DNA of 64,000 bases from an uncultured beta proteobacterium (GTDB lineage Bacteria; Pseudomonadota; Gammaproteobacteria; Burkholderiales; SHXO01): NCBI GenBank assembly GCA_963747025.1, contig CAVVDJ010000007.1, positions 30,616 to 94,615 on the forward strand, in the 5' to 3' direction. The notes beneath the pieces were generated by a model. The model did no database searches. It worked only from the letters and a program-made list of their open reading frames with translations, and was not told where the DNA came from. Each line of letters begins with the position of its first letter. Positions within the stretch are counted from its first letter, which is position 1. Shown piece by piece: positions 36,328 to 48,316 of the stretch. The translations under genes were made by a program, and so were the position numbers.

Positions 36328-36503
36328 GCCGGGAGAGCGGGAGTCTGGGACTGCGAAATTGCGCGCCCTCTCGGGCGGATGCGAATGATCTTATCATCGT
36401 AATTGCCCCGGCTGTCGCCGCCGCGCATTTTTGTCCATAATCTCATGTCGTGGTCGAGAGCGTCGGACGCTGCGCGACAACCATTCGATCGAAGAGACCG
36501 GAG

Positions 36504-39500
36504 ATGAAACTTCTGAGCCTGTTTTCACGCCTGTCCGGGCGAACGCTGGTTCGGCGCCTTGCTCCGGCGCCCGAGGCAAGCCCGCGCGCAGCGCGGAAAG
36601 AAGCTGCTCAAGGTCGCGCCTATGGGTGGTCGGCCTGGTGGCGCTGTTCGCAGTGGTCGGATTCTTTGCCGTGCCGCCGATCGCCAAGCACTACCTGGTC
36701 AAGAGCTTGTCCGAGCTGTTGAACCGCCAGGTCGCAATCCAGGACATCAAGATCAACCCCTTCGCACTGACCGCCTCGGTGCGCGGGTTCTCGGTCAGCG
36801 AACCTGGCAGCTCCGAGGTATTCGTGTCCTTCGACGAGTTGTTCGTCGATCTCCAAGCCGAATCCGTCATCCAGCGCGGACCGATTCTGCGGGAGATCCG
36901 GCTCGAGCACCCCTTCGTTCACGTCGTCCGACGTGACGACGGTACCTACAACTTCTCCGACCTCCTTGTGAAATTCGCGAGCGGAAAGCCAGCCGCCGCT
37001 GATCAGGCGAAGCAGAAAGAGCAGCCGCGCTTTTCGCTCAACAATATCGAGGTGATCGCAGGCAAGGTGATCTTCGACGATCAGCCCAAGCAGGCAAAGC
37101 ACGCGGTGACCGATCTCGATATCGCCATTCCCTTTCTCTCCAACCTCCCGTACAGGCTGGACCAGTACGTCGTGCCGTCCTTCTCGGCCAAGGTGAACGA
37201 TACGCCGATTGCGCTGACCGGCCGCAGCAAGCCGTTCGCCACGCCTCCGGAGGCGCAGCTCGATGTGAACGTCTATTCGCTCGACATCCCCCGCTATCTC
37301 GAGTACCTCCCGGTCAAGCTCCCGTTCAAGATCCCGTCGGCCCTGCTCGAAACGCGGCTGACTGCGACCTTCATGCTCTATCCGGACAAGCCCCCGCTGC
37401 TGGTGCTCTCCGGCAAGGCGGCGCTGGACAAGTTCGCGATGACGCAGCTGGATGGACGCGCGCTGCTCAACTTCGCGCGGCTCGAGGTGCCGGTGCAATC
37501 CGCCACGGTCTTTGCACGCGACGTCAGTCTGGGCAATGTCGTATTGCAAAAGCCCGAGGTATTTGTCCGCCGCGAGCGCGACGGCAGTCTGAACTGGATG
37601 AGCGTCGTCCCCAAGAGCGCGCCTAACGGAAATGGTTCGCAGCCGAAGGAGACCGAACCAGAGCAAAGCGGGTGAGCCGCAGATGAAGCTTCACCTCGAG
37701 GAGGCCCGGATCGAGCAAGGCAAAGTCCACTTCGCCGACGAGGCCGCACCCAGGCCGTTCAAGACCGATATCGAGGGTCTGCTGGTCGTTCTGCGGAAAT
37801 TCGTGCTGCCGCAAGTCGACCCGGCCACGCTGGAGGTGGCACTCGGCACGACATTCGGAGAGAGCGTCAAGAGCGCCAGCACCCTGTTCGTCTCGCCGCT
37901 GAACGTCGACGGTAACCTCGAGGTACGCGGCGTAAAGCCGAAGAACTACTCCGCCTACTATGCGCATCTCATCCGTTTCGACGTCGAAGACGGAACGCTG
38001 AACCTGTCCACGCGGTTTCGGGCGGCGCAGGCAGGCCGGGACATCTCGGCGGTGGTGACCGGCTTGGACGCATCCCTCAGCAAACTCCGTCTACGCAAGC
38101 GAGGCGCAAAGGAGGATTTCCTCTCTGTCCCGGCGTTCGACCTGAAAGGCGTGGATGTGGATTCGGCGAAGCACACCGCTCAGGTGAGCGAGGTGTCGAG
38201 CAAGCAGGTACAGCTGCGCGCGGTTCGGGAGAAAAACGGAACGATAGACCTCACGCAGCTCATGGAGGAAGGCGCGGGCACCAAAGGAACCGCCCCTGTG
38301 CCGAATGCGGCGACGCAAAAGCCAGGCCAAGCGTGGCAATGGCTGGTGAAGAAGATCGCGCTCGACCGATACGCGGTCCGCTTCGAGGACCAGGTCCCGA
38401 CGCAGGCGGTTACGCACGTGGCGGAGCCAATCAAAGTCAACGTGGAAAATCTGTCCAACCGCGTTGGCTCGAATGCCAAGGTGGAAGTAGCTGTGGGTAT
38501 CAACAAGACGGGCAAGCTGCTCGTGTCCGGGCCGATCGGAATCAGTCCGCTGCAGGCGGATTTAAACCTCGATGTGCAGAGCGTGGACCTGGTACCGCTG
38601 CAACCCTATCTCGAGGACAAGCTCAATATCCTCGTGAGCAGCGGCGAGGCGCTGTTGCATGGCCGGTGGGAGCTCACGCCGCAGGAGCCGGGGCCGATGG
38701 CTACTCACTTCAAAGGCGAAGTCGGGATCAACAACTTCGCGTCCGTAGACAAGGCCACTTCCGAGGACTTCTTGAAGTGGAAGTCGCTCCACGTTGGCGG
38801 AATCGACGCGACGTACCGCGCTCTGGCGGCTGGGAAGTGGCTGTTTGAGAGCTCCGACGCCGATGCCGCTACACGTTCGCAGTTGTTCTCGCTACAGATC
38901 CGAGGAAGTGGCGCTTTCGGACTTCTACTCGCGTCTGATCATCTACCCGACCGGCAAGCTGAACGTGCAGAATATTTTGGCAAGCGGTGCGGATACACAA
39001 CCGACGGACGAGCCAGATACGGCTGAAGCAAAGGCTCAGGTCGGTGCGACGAACCAGACTTCACCCCCGGCAAAGCAAGACAAACCAACGAACCCGGCGC
39101 CAGCTCCCGCGGCACGAGGACTCACAGGCTGTGCCACAGCCACCGATCGCCATCGCCAAAGTCACGCTACAGGGCGGCAACGTCAACTTCAGCGACTTCT
39201 TCATCAAACCGAACTACTCGGCTAACCTGACCGAGATCGGCGGCTCGGTGACGGGATTGTCATCGCAGCTCGATACCACCGCCGACGTCGACCTGCGCGG
39301 CCGCTTCGCCAAGAGCGCGCCGGTCGAGATCAAAGGCAAGATCAATCCGCTGCTGCAGAACCCATACCTCGACATCAAAGCCAACGTGCGCGATATCGAG
39401 CTCGGACCGTTCACGCCCTACTCCACCAAGTACGTGGGCTACGCGATCGAGAAAGGCAAGATGTCTTTCGATGTCGCCTACAAGATCGAGAACCGCAAGC

Positions 39501-40336
39501 TCGCGGCCAGCAATCGGCTCACGCTCGACCAGCTGACCTTCGGCGAGAAGGTCGACAGCCCGACTGCAACCAAGCTGCCCGTGCTGTTCGCCGTAGCGCT
39601 GCTCCAGGACCGAAACGGCGTGATCGACGTCAACCTGCCCATCAGCGGCTCGGTAGATGATCCCAAATTCAGCGTCAGCGGCATCATCCTGCACATCATT
39701 TTCAACCTGATCGAGAAAGCAATCACCTCGCCTTTCGCACTGATCGGCTCGTTGGTTGGAGGCAGTGGAGAGGAGCTCTCCTACGTTTCGTTCGATCCGG
39801 GCCTGGCCGTGCTCGTCCCGGCACAGGAAGACAAGCTCACGAAACTGCAAAAAGCGCTTTCCGATCGACCCGCGCTGAAGCTTGACGCAACCGGTCACAG
39901 CGATCTGGAGAAGGATCGGGAAGGGCTGCGCCAAAATCGGTTCGAGCAGCAGCTGAAAGCGCAAAAGCTCAAGGACCTGGTCAAGAAGGGTTCGTCCGTA
40001 GCCTCGGTGGAAGAGGTCAAGATTGAGCCGCAAGAGTACGAAATGTATCTGAAGCGCGCTTACAAGGAGGCGAAGTTCCCGAAGCCGCGCAACGTGATCG
40101 GGTTCCAGAAGGACCTCCCGAAAGAAGAGATGGAGAAACTCATGCTGACCAACACCGTGGTCACGGACGACGATCTCATCCAGCTGGCCAACCGCCGCGC
40201 ACAAGCGACGAAAGACTTCATCACCCGCGGGGATCAGGTGCCCGTGGACCGGGTGTTTCTCCTCGCGCCCAAGCTGGACGCACCGAAAGGCGATGAAAAG
40301 CTCCCCGGCGCCCGCGTCGACTTTTCGCTCAAGTGA
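36504..40336 (+). CDS. DUF748 domain (AsmA-like) envelope protein, several frameshifts
   Basis: INPFALT, GTYNFSDL, FSDFFIKPNYSA, ALLQDRNGVIDVNLPISG, AITSPFAL, OmpA-like C-terminus LANRRA..RVDFSLK; pieces 36431-37675, 37632-39026, 38794-39225 and 38987-40336. Confidence 0.87.
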
Positions 40337-40347
40337 GGCGAGCCGAA

Positions 40348-40641
40348 ATGAAGCAGATTATCGCGATTCTGATCGCCGGCCTCGCGCTGACGGCACATGC
40401 GGCGGACCAGAAGAAGCCCGAGGCCGCGTCGGAGCCAGCCACAAAGGACAACTTCTTCGAGCGCGCCGCCAAAGCGATCGGCAAAGACGCCAAGGGTGCA
40501 GCGCACCAGGCGGGAAAGGCCTATAGCAAAGCCGGCAAGGACATCGGGCACGGCGCCAGCAAGACGGTCAAAGACGTCGGGCACGCAATGAAGGAGAGCG
40601 CCGACAAGACCGGCAAGCAAATCAAGGACACGGGGAAGTAG
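40348..40641 (+). CDS. small exported protein with 11-residue amphipathic repeats
   Basis: Signal peptide MKQIIAIL..AHA, five 11-mers (AAKAIGKDAKG and similar). Confidence 0.8.
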   Translation: MKQIIAILIAGLALTAHAADQKKPEAASEPATKDNFFERAAKAIGKDAKGAAHQAGKAYSKAGKDIGHGASKTVKDVGHAMKESADKTGKQIKDTGK

Positions 40642-41192
40642 GCTCGCTGGCCCCTACCCCTCGCGAGCTCCCAACTCTGCAATAGAGCTTCTAGCAGCGA
40701 GGCACGAGAGCCCTCCCGACTGGCCAGGGGGTTGCGCAGGACCTCAGAGGCCACGCGTCGTCATCCCTAGCGAGCCGCGTCTTCTCGCGGCCCGCGGTAC
40801 CCGCCTCCATCTATAACTTTCGGCAAGTTCTGATCTGCTCTCCCCCCGCATAGTCTGAGCGCATACGGCGGAATAGCTCCGGATCGCGTGGCTGGCTAAG
40901 CGCTGGATTTCGTTTCGAAAGGCAGATGCTGAATAGACTCCTCCCGTGGCAGATGATCTGGATGCCTCCAGCGTCGGGGTTGTCTGCCTATTTTATTGCT
41001 CCCGCGCCCGCATGGACGCGGTAAGACCAACATCAGCCCATAACAAGATTCTCTCCAGCTCAGGAGTTCAACATGGTCCCCTCAGGCCCTCGACCCGAAA
41101 GCGGCATCAACGCAAGGCCCGGCGGGACGCCTGGCGTCATTGAGGTGCAAGCCGAGGGACCTGCGGCCCGGGCCAGACCGCCCCAGGGAGAC

Positions 41193-42284
41193 ATGACAGC
41201 CATCAAGAATGGGCGCAAGATGACGGCGGCACTGGAGCCGCTGCCCATGAGAGTCCTATTGGCCGTCCATGGAGGTCTCTTCGCCGACGCGTTCAGCGGG
41301 GCGCTGACCAAACTCGCGCACCGAGTGCAAGTCGAGCGTTGTGACCCTGAGCGGCTCGACGACTTTGGCCCGCAGGACGGCTTCTCGCTGGTGCTGATCG
41401 ATGCGGACGCTGTATTGGCGCGCGCTGCAAGCTTGGTGCGCGGCTGTCGCGACCGTCTTCCCGGCGTGCCGGTGGTTGCACTGGCCAGCGCTCTGGACGA
41501 CGGTTTCATTGCCGGCATCATGAACGCCGGTGCCCAGGCCTACCTGCCCAAGACCTATCGCGAGACGCAGGCACTGGGCGTACTGCGGGTAGTGCTCGAT
41601 GGTGCGAGCCACCGGCCCCACGCGGACGCCGAACACAGTGCGGGCGATGCTCACGTGCCTGCCTTCGCGGCGGACGGCGGAAACGGCCGCCGGGCAGGAC
41701 CCAATCCGTATAGCCTGACCGGGCGTGAGCTCCAGGTTCTCATGCACGTCTGTGAGGGACGGTCGAACCTCAACATAGCGAAGCGCCTCAGCATCACCGA
41801 AGGCACCGTCAAAATCCATCTCAGCAACTCCTATAAGAAGCTCGGGGTAGAGAACCGCACTCAGGCGATCCGTATCGTCGAGCGCCTCGAGCAGGTGCAC
41901 AACATCTCGCTGCACGAAGCCGAGGAAGGCGTGTCGCTGCGCGATTGGCTTCTGCCGCATATGTCGGACGAATCCCATCACAAGGGAGAGATCCTGTTCC
42001 GGAAAGGAGATCCGGCGCGCGCCCTCTACTACATTCAGCAAGGCAAGGTAGCGCTGCCGGAGATCGGCAAGCAGATGGGCGAGGGTACTTTGTTCGGGGA
42101 GATCGGCATCTTCGCACCCGAGCATTCGCGCACGTGCAGTGCGCGCTGCGAAACCGACGCCCGCCTCTTCTGCTTGACCGCTGAGCGGGCCAAACGCCTG
42201 TACTTCGAGAATCCTCAATTCGCCTATCACGTAATGCAGCTGATCGCACAGCATCTGCTCGACGATCAGTCCCGTCGGCATTGA
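41193..42284 (+). CDS. transcriptional regulator: atypical REC + LuxR HTH + C-terminal cyclic-nucleotide-binding domain (alternative start 41073)
   Basis: LVLID..VVAL..GAQAYLPK receiver; LTGRELQVL..GRSNLNIA..TVKIH HTH; GEILFRKGD..GKV..FGEIGIF..RTCSA cNMP fold; one uninterrupted ORF. Confidence 0.88.
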   Translation: MTAIKNGRKMTAALEPLPMRVLLAVHGGLFADAFSGALTKLAHRVQVERCDPERLDDFGPQDGFSLVLIDADAVLARAASLVRGCRDRLPGVPVVALASALDDGFIAGIMNAGAQAYLPKTYRETQALGVLRVVLDGASHRPHADAEHSAGDAHVPAFAADGGNGRRAGPNPYSLTGRELQVLMHVCEGRSNLNIAKRLSITEGTVKIHLSNSYKKLGVENRTQAIRIVERLEQVHNISLHEAEEGVSLRDWLLPHMSDESHHKGEILFRKGDPARALYYIQQGKVALPEIGKQMGEGTLFGEIGIFAPEHSRTCSARCETDARLFCLTAERAKRLYFENPQFAYHVMQLIAQHLLDDQSRRH

Positions 42285-42328
42285 CAGGCCCCTGACCGCG
42301 CGCGGCGTAGTGCTGCACGACAGCCGCC

Positions 42329-44709
42329 ATGAACCCGCGCGCTTTTCTGGGTGTACCCTGGCTGACCTGGCGGCATGGTGTCATCGCCGGCCTGGTGCTG
42401 GCACTCCTCGGATCGGTGCTCACCGTCCTGCCGGCGCTTTGGCCGCTGCAGGAGAGCTTCGACCTTTGGCTCCTGTTCAAGCTGCGCGGCGGCAAGTCGC
42501 CACCCGACGATGTCGTGCTGGTCACGATCGACCAGCAGTCATCAGAGCGGATCACGCTGCCGAGCGATCCCGTCGCGCGAGACCGCTGCGTCGAATCTCA
42601 GGGTCGATGACGCGCCCGCCTCCCATGAGAAGCTGCCTCCGCCGCACTTCGTGATGCGCTGGCCCCGCTGCGTGCACGCCCTGGCGGTGCACGCGTTGGC
42701 GCAGGCGGGGGCACGCGCGATCGCACTCGATATTTCTTTTCGCCCATTACTGCCGAGCGGATCGGACAAGGGCCAGCGCTTCGCTGAAGAACAGGATCGG
42801 ACTCTGGCCGAAGCGATGGAATCGGCGGGAAACGTGCTGATCGCGCAATGGCTCGACCGGTCAGGCCAAGTCCGTCCGCAGAGCAGCAGACGAGCAGACC
42901 GACGGCGTGGAGCGACCGGCACAGATTAGCGCACTGATCGAATCGTCCGCACTCGGTGCGGCACCCTTACGCCTCGCCTATGGCATGGCCGGCCGTGTCA
43001 ACGGGTTCGCCGTCTTCAGCCAGGAAGACGGACCGATGTCGAGCATGCCGGCGCTGCTGCTGCACCGCTCCCACGCAGAGGTGCATTCGGACCTCGTCCG
43101 CCTGATCGCGAAGGCCAGGCCTGAGGACGCAGAACTGCTGCCGCGGACGGCCGAGGCTCTGGAACAGCGACGGCCACTCCAAGCCACTTCTCTGCTGATC
43201 CGGCATCTGGTTCGCTCGCAGCCGATTCTGGCGGACACCTTGCACGATGCTGCTGAACGAGTGAGGACAGCGCCGGATTGCCCGCGCAGCACCGCACCGC
43301 GTTGCGGGCGCTGGTCGATCTGTATGCGGGCGACCCGGTGCGGTATCTCAACTTCTACGGCCATCCGGGAACGTTCCGAAGCGTGAGCTATGCAGACGTC
43401 CTGAAACCTGGAGCTGGCAGCGCCGAGCAGCTAGCGCGTGAGGTGCGCGGCAGAACCGTGATTGTCGGCTACGTGGACTTCACCCCAGCTCAGCGCGACG
43501 ATCACTACCCGACGGTCTATACCACCACCGACGGCGTGAAGCTCAGCGGCAGCGAGATCCTGGCGACTGCACTCGCCAACCTCGCTTCGGGCAGCAGCCT
43601 GAAAGCTCTTACCGCTTCCGTGGCGAATGCTGGTGACGGCCTGCTTCGGGCTGGCACTGGCGTTGTTGCTCTTGGTCCCGCCGCCGGTGCGCGGACTTGT
43701 CGCCGGGTTCGCGCTGTGCGCCGTCTATCTCGGGCTGGCACTCCTCCTGTTCCGGGTCTCCGCCGTGTGGTTGCCGTTGCTGATTCCGCTTGCCTGGCAG
43801 GCGCCGGCCGGCATCCTGTATGCGATCGCCTATCACTACCGCGACATGCGGCGCAAGCGCGACGAGCTGCGCCGACTGTTCGGCAAGTTCGTTCCGGACC
43901 CGGTCATCGAAGGCCTGCTCGAGAACCGGGCGCGGCTGGACACCGTCAACGAGCCGGTGTACGGGGTTTGCCTTGCTACCGATGCCGAACGGTTCACCAC
44001 GCTGGCCGAGGGTATGCCCCCATCCCAGCTGGCGCGATTCCTCAACCGATACTTCGAAGCGGTCTTCCCGCCCATCACGGAGAAGCAAGGCGCCGTCGTC
44101 GACTTGATCGGCGATGCGGTCCTGGCGCTGTGGACCGGAGACGATGGCGAGAGCAGTCTGCATCTCAAAGCGTCCGGGGCTGCGCTCGAGCTGATGTCGG
44201 CAGTCGACCGGTTCAACGCGGCTTCGCCAACGCTCCGACTCCCGACCCGCATCGGGCTCTCGGGCGGCGAGGTGGCCACCAGCCCGATGGGAGCGGTCAA
44301 CCACTTCGAGTTCCGCCCAGTCGGGGATACCGTGGTCACTTCAGTTCGCCTCCAAGCGCTGAACAAGGAGTTGGGCACGCGCATCCTCGCAGCGGAGCCG
44401 GTGATCCGCGGGCTCGACGCGCTGCTGGTGCGGGACCTGGGGGTATTTCAGCTGCGCGGGAAGAACCTGCCCACACACGTCTTCGAAATCGTTGCCGAAC
44501 GCGAGAGTGCCAGCGCCTACGTCATGCAGCTCTGCCTGGAGTTCGCACTCGCCCTGGACGCTTTGCGCGGGGGCCGCCGCGAGGCCGCCCTGGAACGCTT
44601 CCGCGCCATCCAGGAGCGCTATCCCGACGACGGGCCGACGAGCTTCTACCTCCGCTGGCTGGCCGCCAACCCCTCGTGGGGCGGCGGTGCGATCCGACAG
44701 GCTGCTTGA
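42329..44709 (+). CDS. CHASE2 sensor + class III nucleotidyl cyclase (several frameshifts)
   Basis: N-terminal TM, VVLVTIDQQS, WPRCVHA, IALDISF, DRTLAEA, YLNFYG, SGSEILATALAN, three TM helices, TDAERFT, IGD, RIGL, GDTV, LRGK. Confidence 0.88.
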
Positions 44710-44895
44710 CTACCGCCTCGCAGCAGCGCCAGGTCACTCCTGTTACGGGTCACTTAGGACGAGCACCACAAGTGGCATACCTATGACCAAAGTCAGCTTG
44801 CATACAAGACTGAAAGGGTTTTACATAGAGCTTGCTTTCGGTCGTCATGCTTAGCCTTATGGAACCAGCAAGGTGCCAATGGGAGGGGGTTAAGG

Positions 44896-47800
44896 ATGTC
44901 GCGGTCGGGCGTCTCGATCTATGCACGGCTGGCGCTGGGGTGCGTCACTCCGGCGCTTTTGGCGGTGTGCGCAACGCCCACGCGCGCGACGGCTGCCGAC
45001 GTGCCTCCCGCATGCACGCCCATCGTGGCGCGGATCGTGTCTATGCAAGGCGTCGTCGAAATGCGCCGCGCGGGGCGGCAGGACTGGGCCCCGGTGACGC
45101 GCCTGGATACACCCGTGTGCCAGGGTGACGTCGTCCACGCAGGCCCACGCAGCCGTGCGGCGCTGGTCATCCTTCCCGAGAAATTTGTCCGGCTCGACCA
45201 GAATTCCACGGTCAGCATCAGCATTGAGGGCGACGAGACGGTAGTCGAGTTCTTCCAGGACGAGACCACGCCCAGGGATGCCTGCGGCGCGGGCTACTTC
45301 ATCACCCGGTTCCCGCGCAAGTTCAAGGTCCGCACCCCGTTCGTCAACGCGGCGGTGGAAGGGACCGAGTTCCTGGTCAGCATGAGCTGCAGCGCGACTT
45401 CGGTGGCAGTGTTCGAAGGCAAGGTCAGCGCCGAGACGCTGCTCGCCAACGCCGAGCGGTTTGTCTTGAGCAGCGGCGAAACGCTCTCGGCTGGCCCCGG
45501 TGAGCCGCCTGCGATCAAGGTGCTGGTCAAGCCGGTGGACGCTGTTCAGTGGGCGCTGTACTACCCACCGCTCAGCGCACCCGGGCCGGGCGTAGGACCA
45601 GACCAACAGTGCGACCAGTCCGCGCCAGACGAGAGAAGCCGCTGCCTCATGGTGCGCGCCGAGCAGCGCTTGCGGGTCGGACGGGTAGACGAAGCCCAGG
45701 CCGACATCGATGCCTCGCTCAAGCTCGCTTCCGGACAACAGCGACGCTGAAGCCCTGCTTTCAGTCATCGACGTGGCCAAGAATGACAGGCAGAAGGCCT
45801 TGGCATTGGCCCAGCACGCCACCCAGCTCGATCCAGTCAATCCGCGCGCCTGGATCGCGCTGTCCTATGCGCAGCAGGCCAGCTTCAAGCTGGAGGAGGC
45901 GCTGAGCAGCGCCGAGCGCGCGACCGAGCTAGAGCCGCGCAGTTCCATTGCATTGACACGTGTGGCTGAGCTGATGATGTCGCTAGGCAAGATCCGGTCA
46001 GCCGTGCGCGCCGCGCAAGCAGCCATCGATGCGAACCCCAATGACAGTCGTGCGCATACGATTCTCGGCTTCGTAAACCTGGCGGACATCGATATCAAGA
46101 AGGCCCGCGCAAACTTCGAAGCAAGCAATCGTCCGGGATTCAAGCGATCCGCTACCGCGCTTGGGGCTGGGGCTGACGATCATCCGCGATGGGGATCTGA
46201 AGGCAGGACGCGAGCAGATCGAGATCGCCGTCGCGCTCGATCCGACCAACTCACTCCTTCGAAGCTATGTGGGCAAAGCCTACTACGAGGAGAACACACC
46301 GGCGCGAGATAAGCTCGCCGCCATCCAGTTCGGCTTGGCTGAGCAACTGGACCCCAAGGACCCTACACCCTGGTTTTATGACGCAACCCTGAAGCAAACA
46401 CAGAACAGACCCGTCGAGGCCTTGCACGATCTGCAAGAGTCCATAAGCCTGAACGATAACCGCTCGGTGTATCGCTCAAGGCTCCTGCTCGATCAAGATC
46501 TAGCTGCGCGTAGCACTGAGCTCGCCACAACTTACAACACGCTCGGCTTTGGACAGCTCGGGTTGATCGAAGGCTCAAAGTCAGTCGATACCGATCCCAC
46601 CAACTACTCAGCCCATCGCCTATTGGCAGATTTATTCGTCGACTTCCCGCGACATGAAGTAGCGCGAGTAAGCGAGCTCTTGCAATCTCAACTGTGGGCA
46701 CCACTAACGCTTAACCCACTTCCGCCTCTACTGGCGGACGTGCACCCTTTGATACTTGCAGGTGCAGCTCCGAGCTCGGTAGGAATGAACGAATATGCAC
46801 CGCTTTTCACCAGCAATTCTGCCCTCGCTCAAGTCTATGCAGTCGCTGGCGGCCAAGGGACTTTGGGCGACCAGATCATCGTCTCTGGGCTCAGCAACAA
46901 CTTCGCCTTCAGCTTGGGACAACTGCACTATGAGACAAACTACTTTCGCGAGAACAGCAATCTCTCCAAGGATATCCTGAGCGGTCTATTTCAAACTGCT
47001 CCCAACTACGATACGAGCCTGCAACTCGAGGTTCGCGCGTCCGAGACGCAAAGCGGTGACCTCGCCTTCCGATTTGATCCTAACAACTTTTTCCCTACCC
47101 AGACTACCGTGGCGACGGAATTGGTACGCGTGGGCGGAAGATATCGGGTCGACAGTCAATCTGGCTTCATAGCGAGTCTAACTTCCCAGTCCCGCCGGGA
47201 AACAACCTCCTTCCAAGGGTTCCCATTCCTGGATGCCACAGCCCAGACCGGCAGCGGCGAGGCACAGTATGTGTACAACGCCCCCTCCTATTCCGCCATC
47301 TTGGGCGGAGGGCTGCTTGACGGTAACCTGAAAGGCGACTTCTCCTTCTTCGGTGCTCCATCCGACAACGATCTGCAAGGCCAAAACTACTACGCCTACG
47401 GGACACTGATCGACAGCAAGCTGAGGGCGCGCGTCGAACTCGGGCTCAGCTACGATCACGCCAGCGGTGTGGATATAGGGCCGTCTCAGAATGCAGTCAA
47501 TCCGAAATTTGGCTTGAGCTGGTCCCCGACGCCTGATCTCCTCTTGCGTCTGGCATGGTTCCGGGCGATGAAACGTCGATTGCTGGGTGAGCAGACACTC
47601 GAGCCGACGCAGATCGCTGGGTTCAACCAGTTTTACGACGACTTCAACGGAACGCAGGCGGAAACCAGGGGGATTGGCCTGGATTACGCACCGTCCCAAC
47701 GCGTCTTTGCAGGCGTGCAAATCTCATCGAGGCGCCTTAAGGTGCCGCAATCGTTCACGCAGTTTACCTATGATTGGTATGAGAACAGCGGTCTCGCCTA

Positions 47801-48221
47801 TCTGTATTGGGTGCTGAGCAAAGCTTTGGTGGTTACTGTCGACTACAGCTATGAGCGATTCGACCGTTCGGCCGATTTCATCGGAGTAGAGAGCTTTACC
47901 AAGGTTGTAACCCAGCGCGTTCCAATCTCCGTAAATTGGTTCCCTTTTGGACCGGGGCCGTGGACGATTAAGGTTACCTCCCAGTACGTCAACCAGCAGG
48001 GAGATTTTGTTGATGCGTCCGGAACGCCGTTCACGGGACAAAGCAACTTCTGGGTGACGGATGTCGGGATAACGTACCAGCTGCCGCAACGACACGGATC
48101 GTTGTCGCTGCAGGTCAGAAACCTATTCGATAAGAAGTTCCGGTTTCAGGAGACGAACTTTGCTACTCCGACCCTCTCGACAGGGCAACTCATATTGGCG
48201 CGCTTAGCGCTGCAGTTTTGA
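44896..48221 (+). CDS. FecR + TPR + outer-membrane beta-barrel (TonB-receptor-like, NsrA-like) protein (two frameshifts)
   Basis: Signal peptide, FecR motifs GD.V..GPRSRA..VRLDQNS and TPFVNAAVEGTEF, DAVQWALYYPP, TPRs, LNDNRSVYRSRLLLD, beta-barrel ending in Phe. Confidence 0.87.
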
Positions 48222-48316
48222 TGTTTTATGTCCCGAGCATGCGCATTCTATCGTCGTGCAAACAGCAAGACCGCATACTCGGTATCGTCGTGTTGTGCAG
48301 ACCAAGGGAGAAAGCT

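Noticed and set aside
33350-36446. Apparent long ORFs or fusions (512-aa hydrolase extension; 745-aa ORF joining the methyltransferase region to prk)
   Set aside because: The extension is antisense to prk, and the 745-aa ORF is out-of-frame read-through around the real prk N-terminus.
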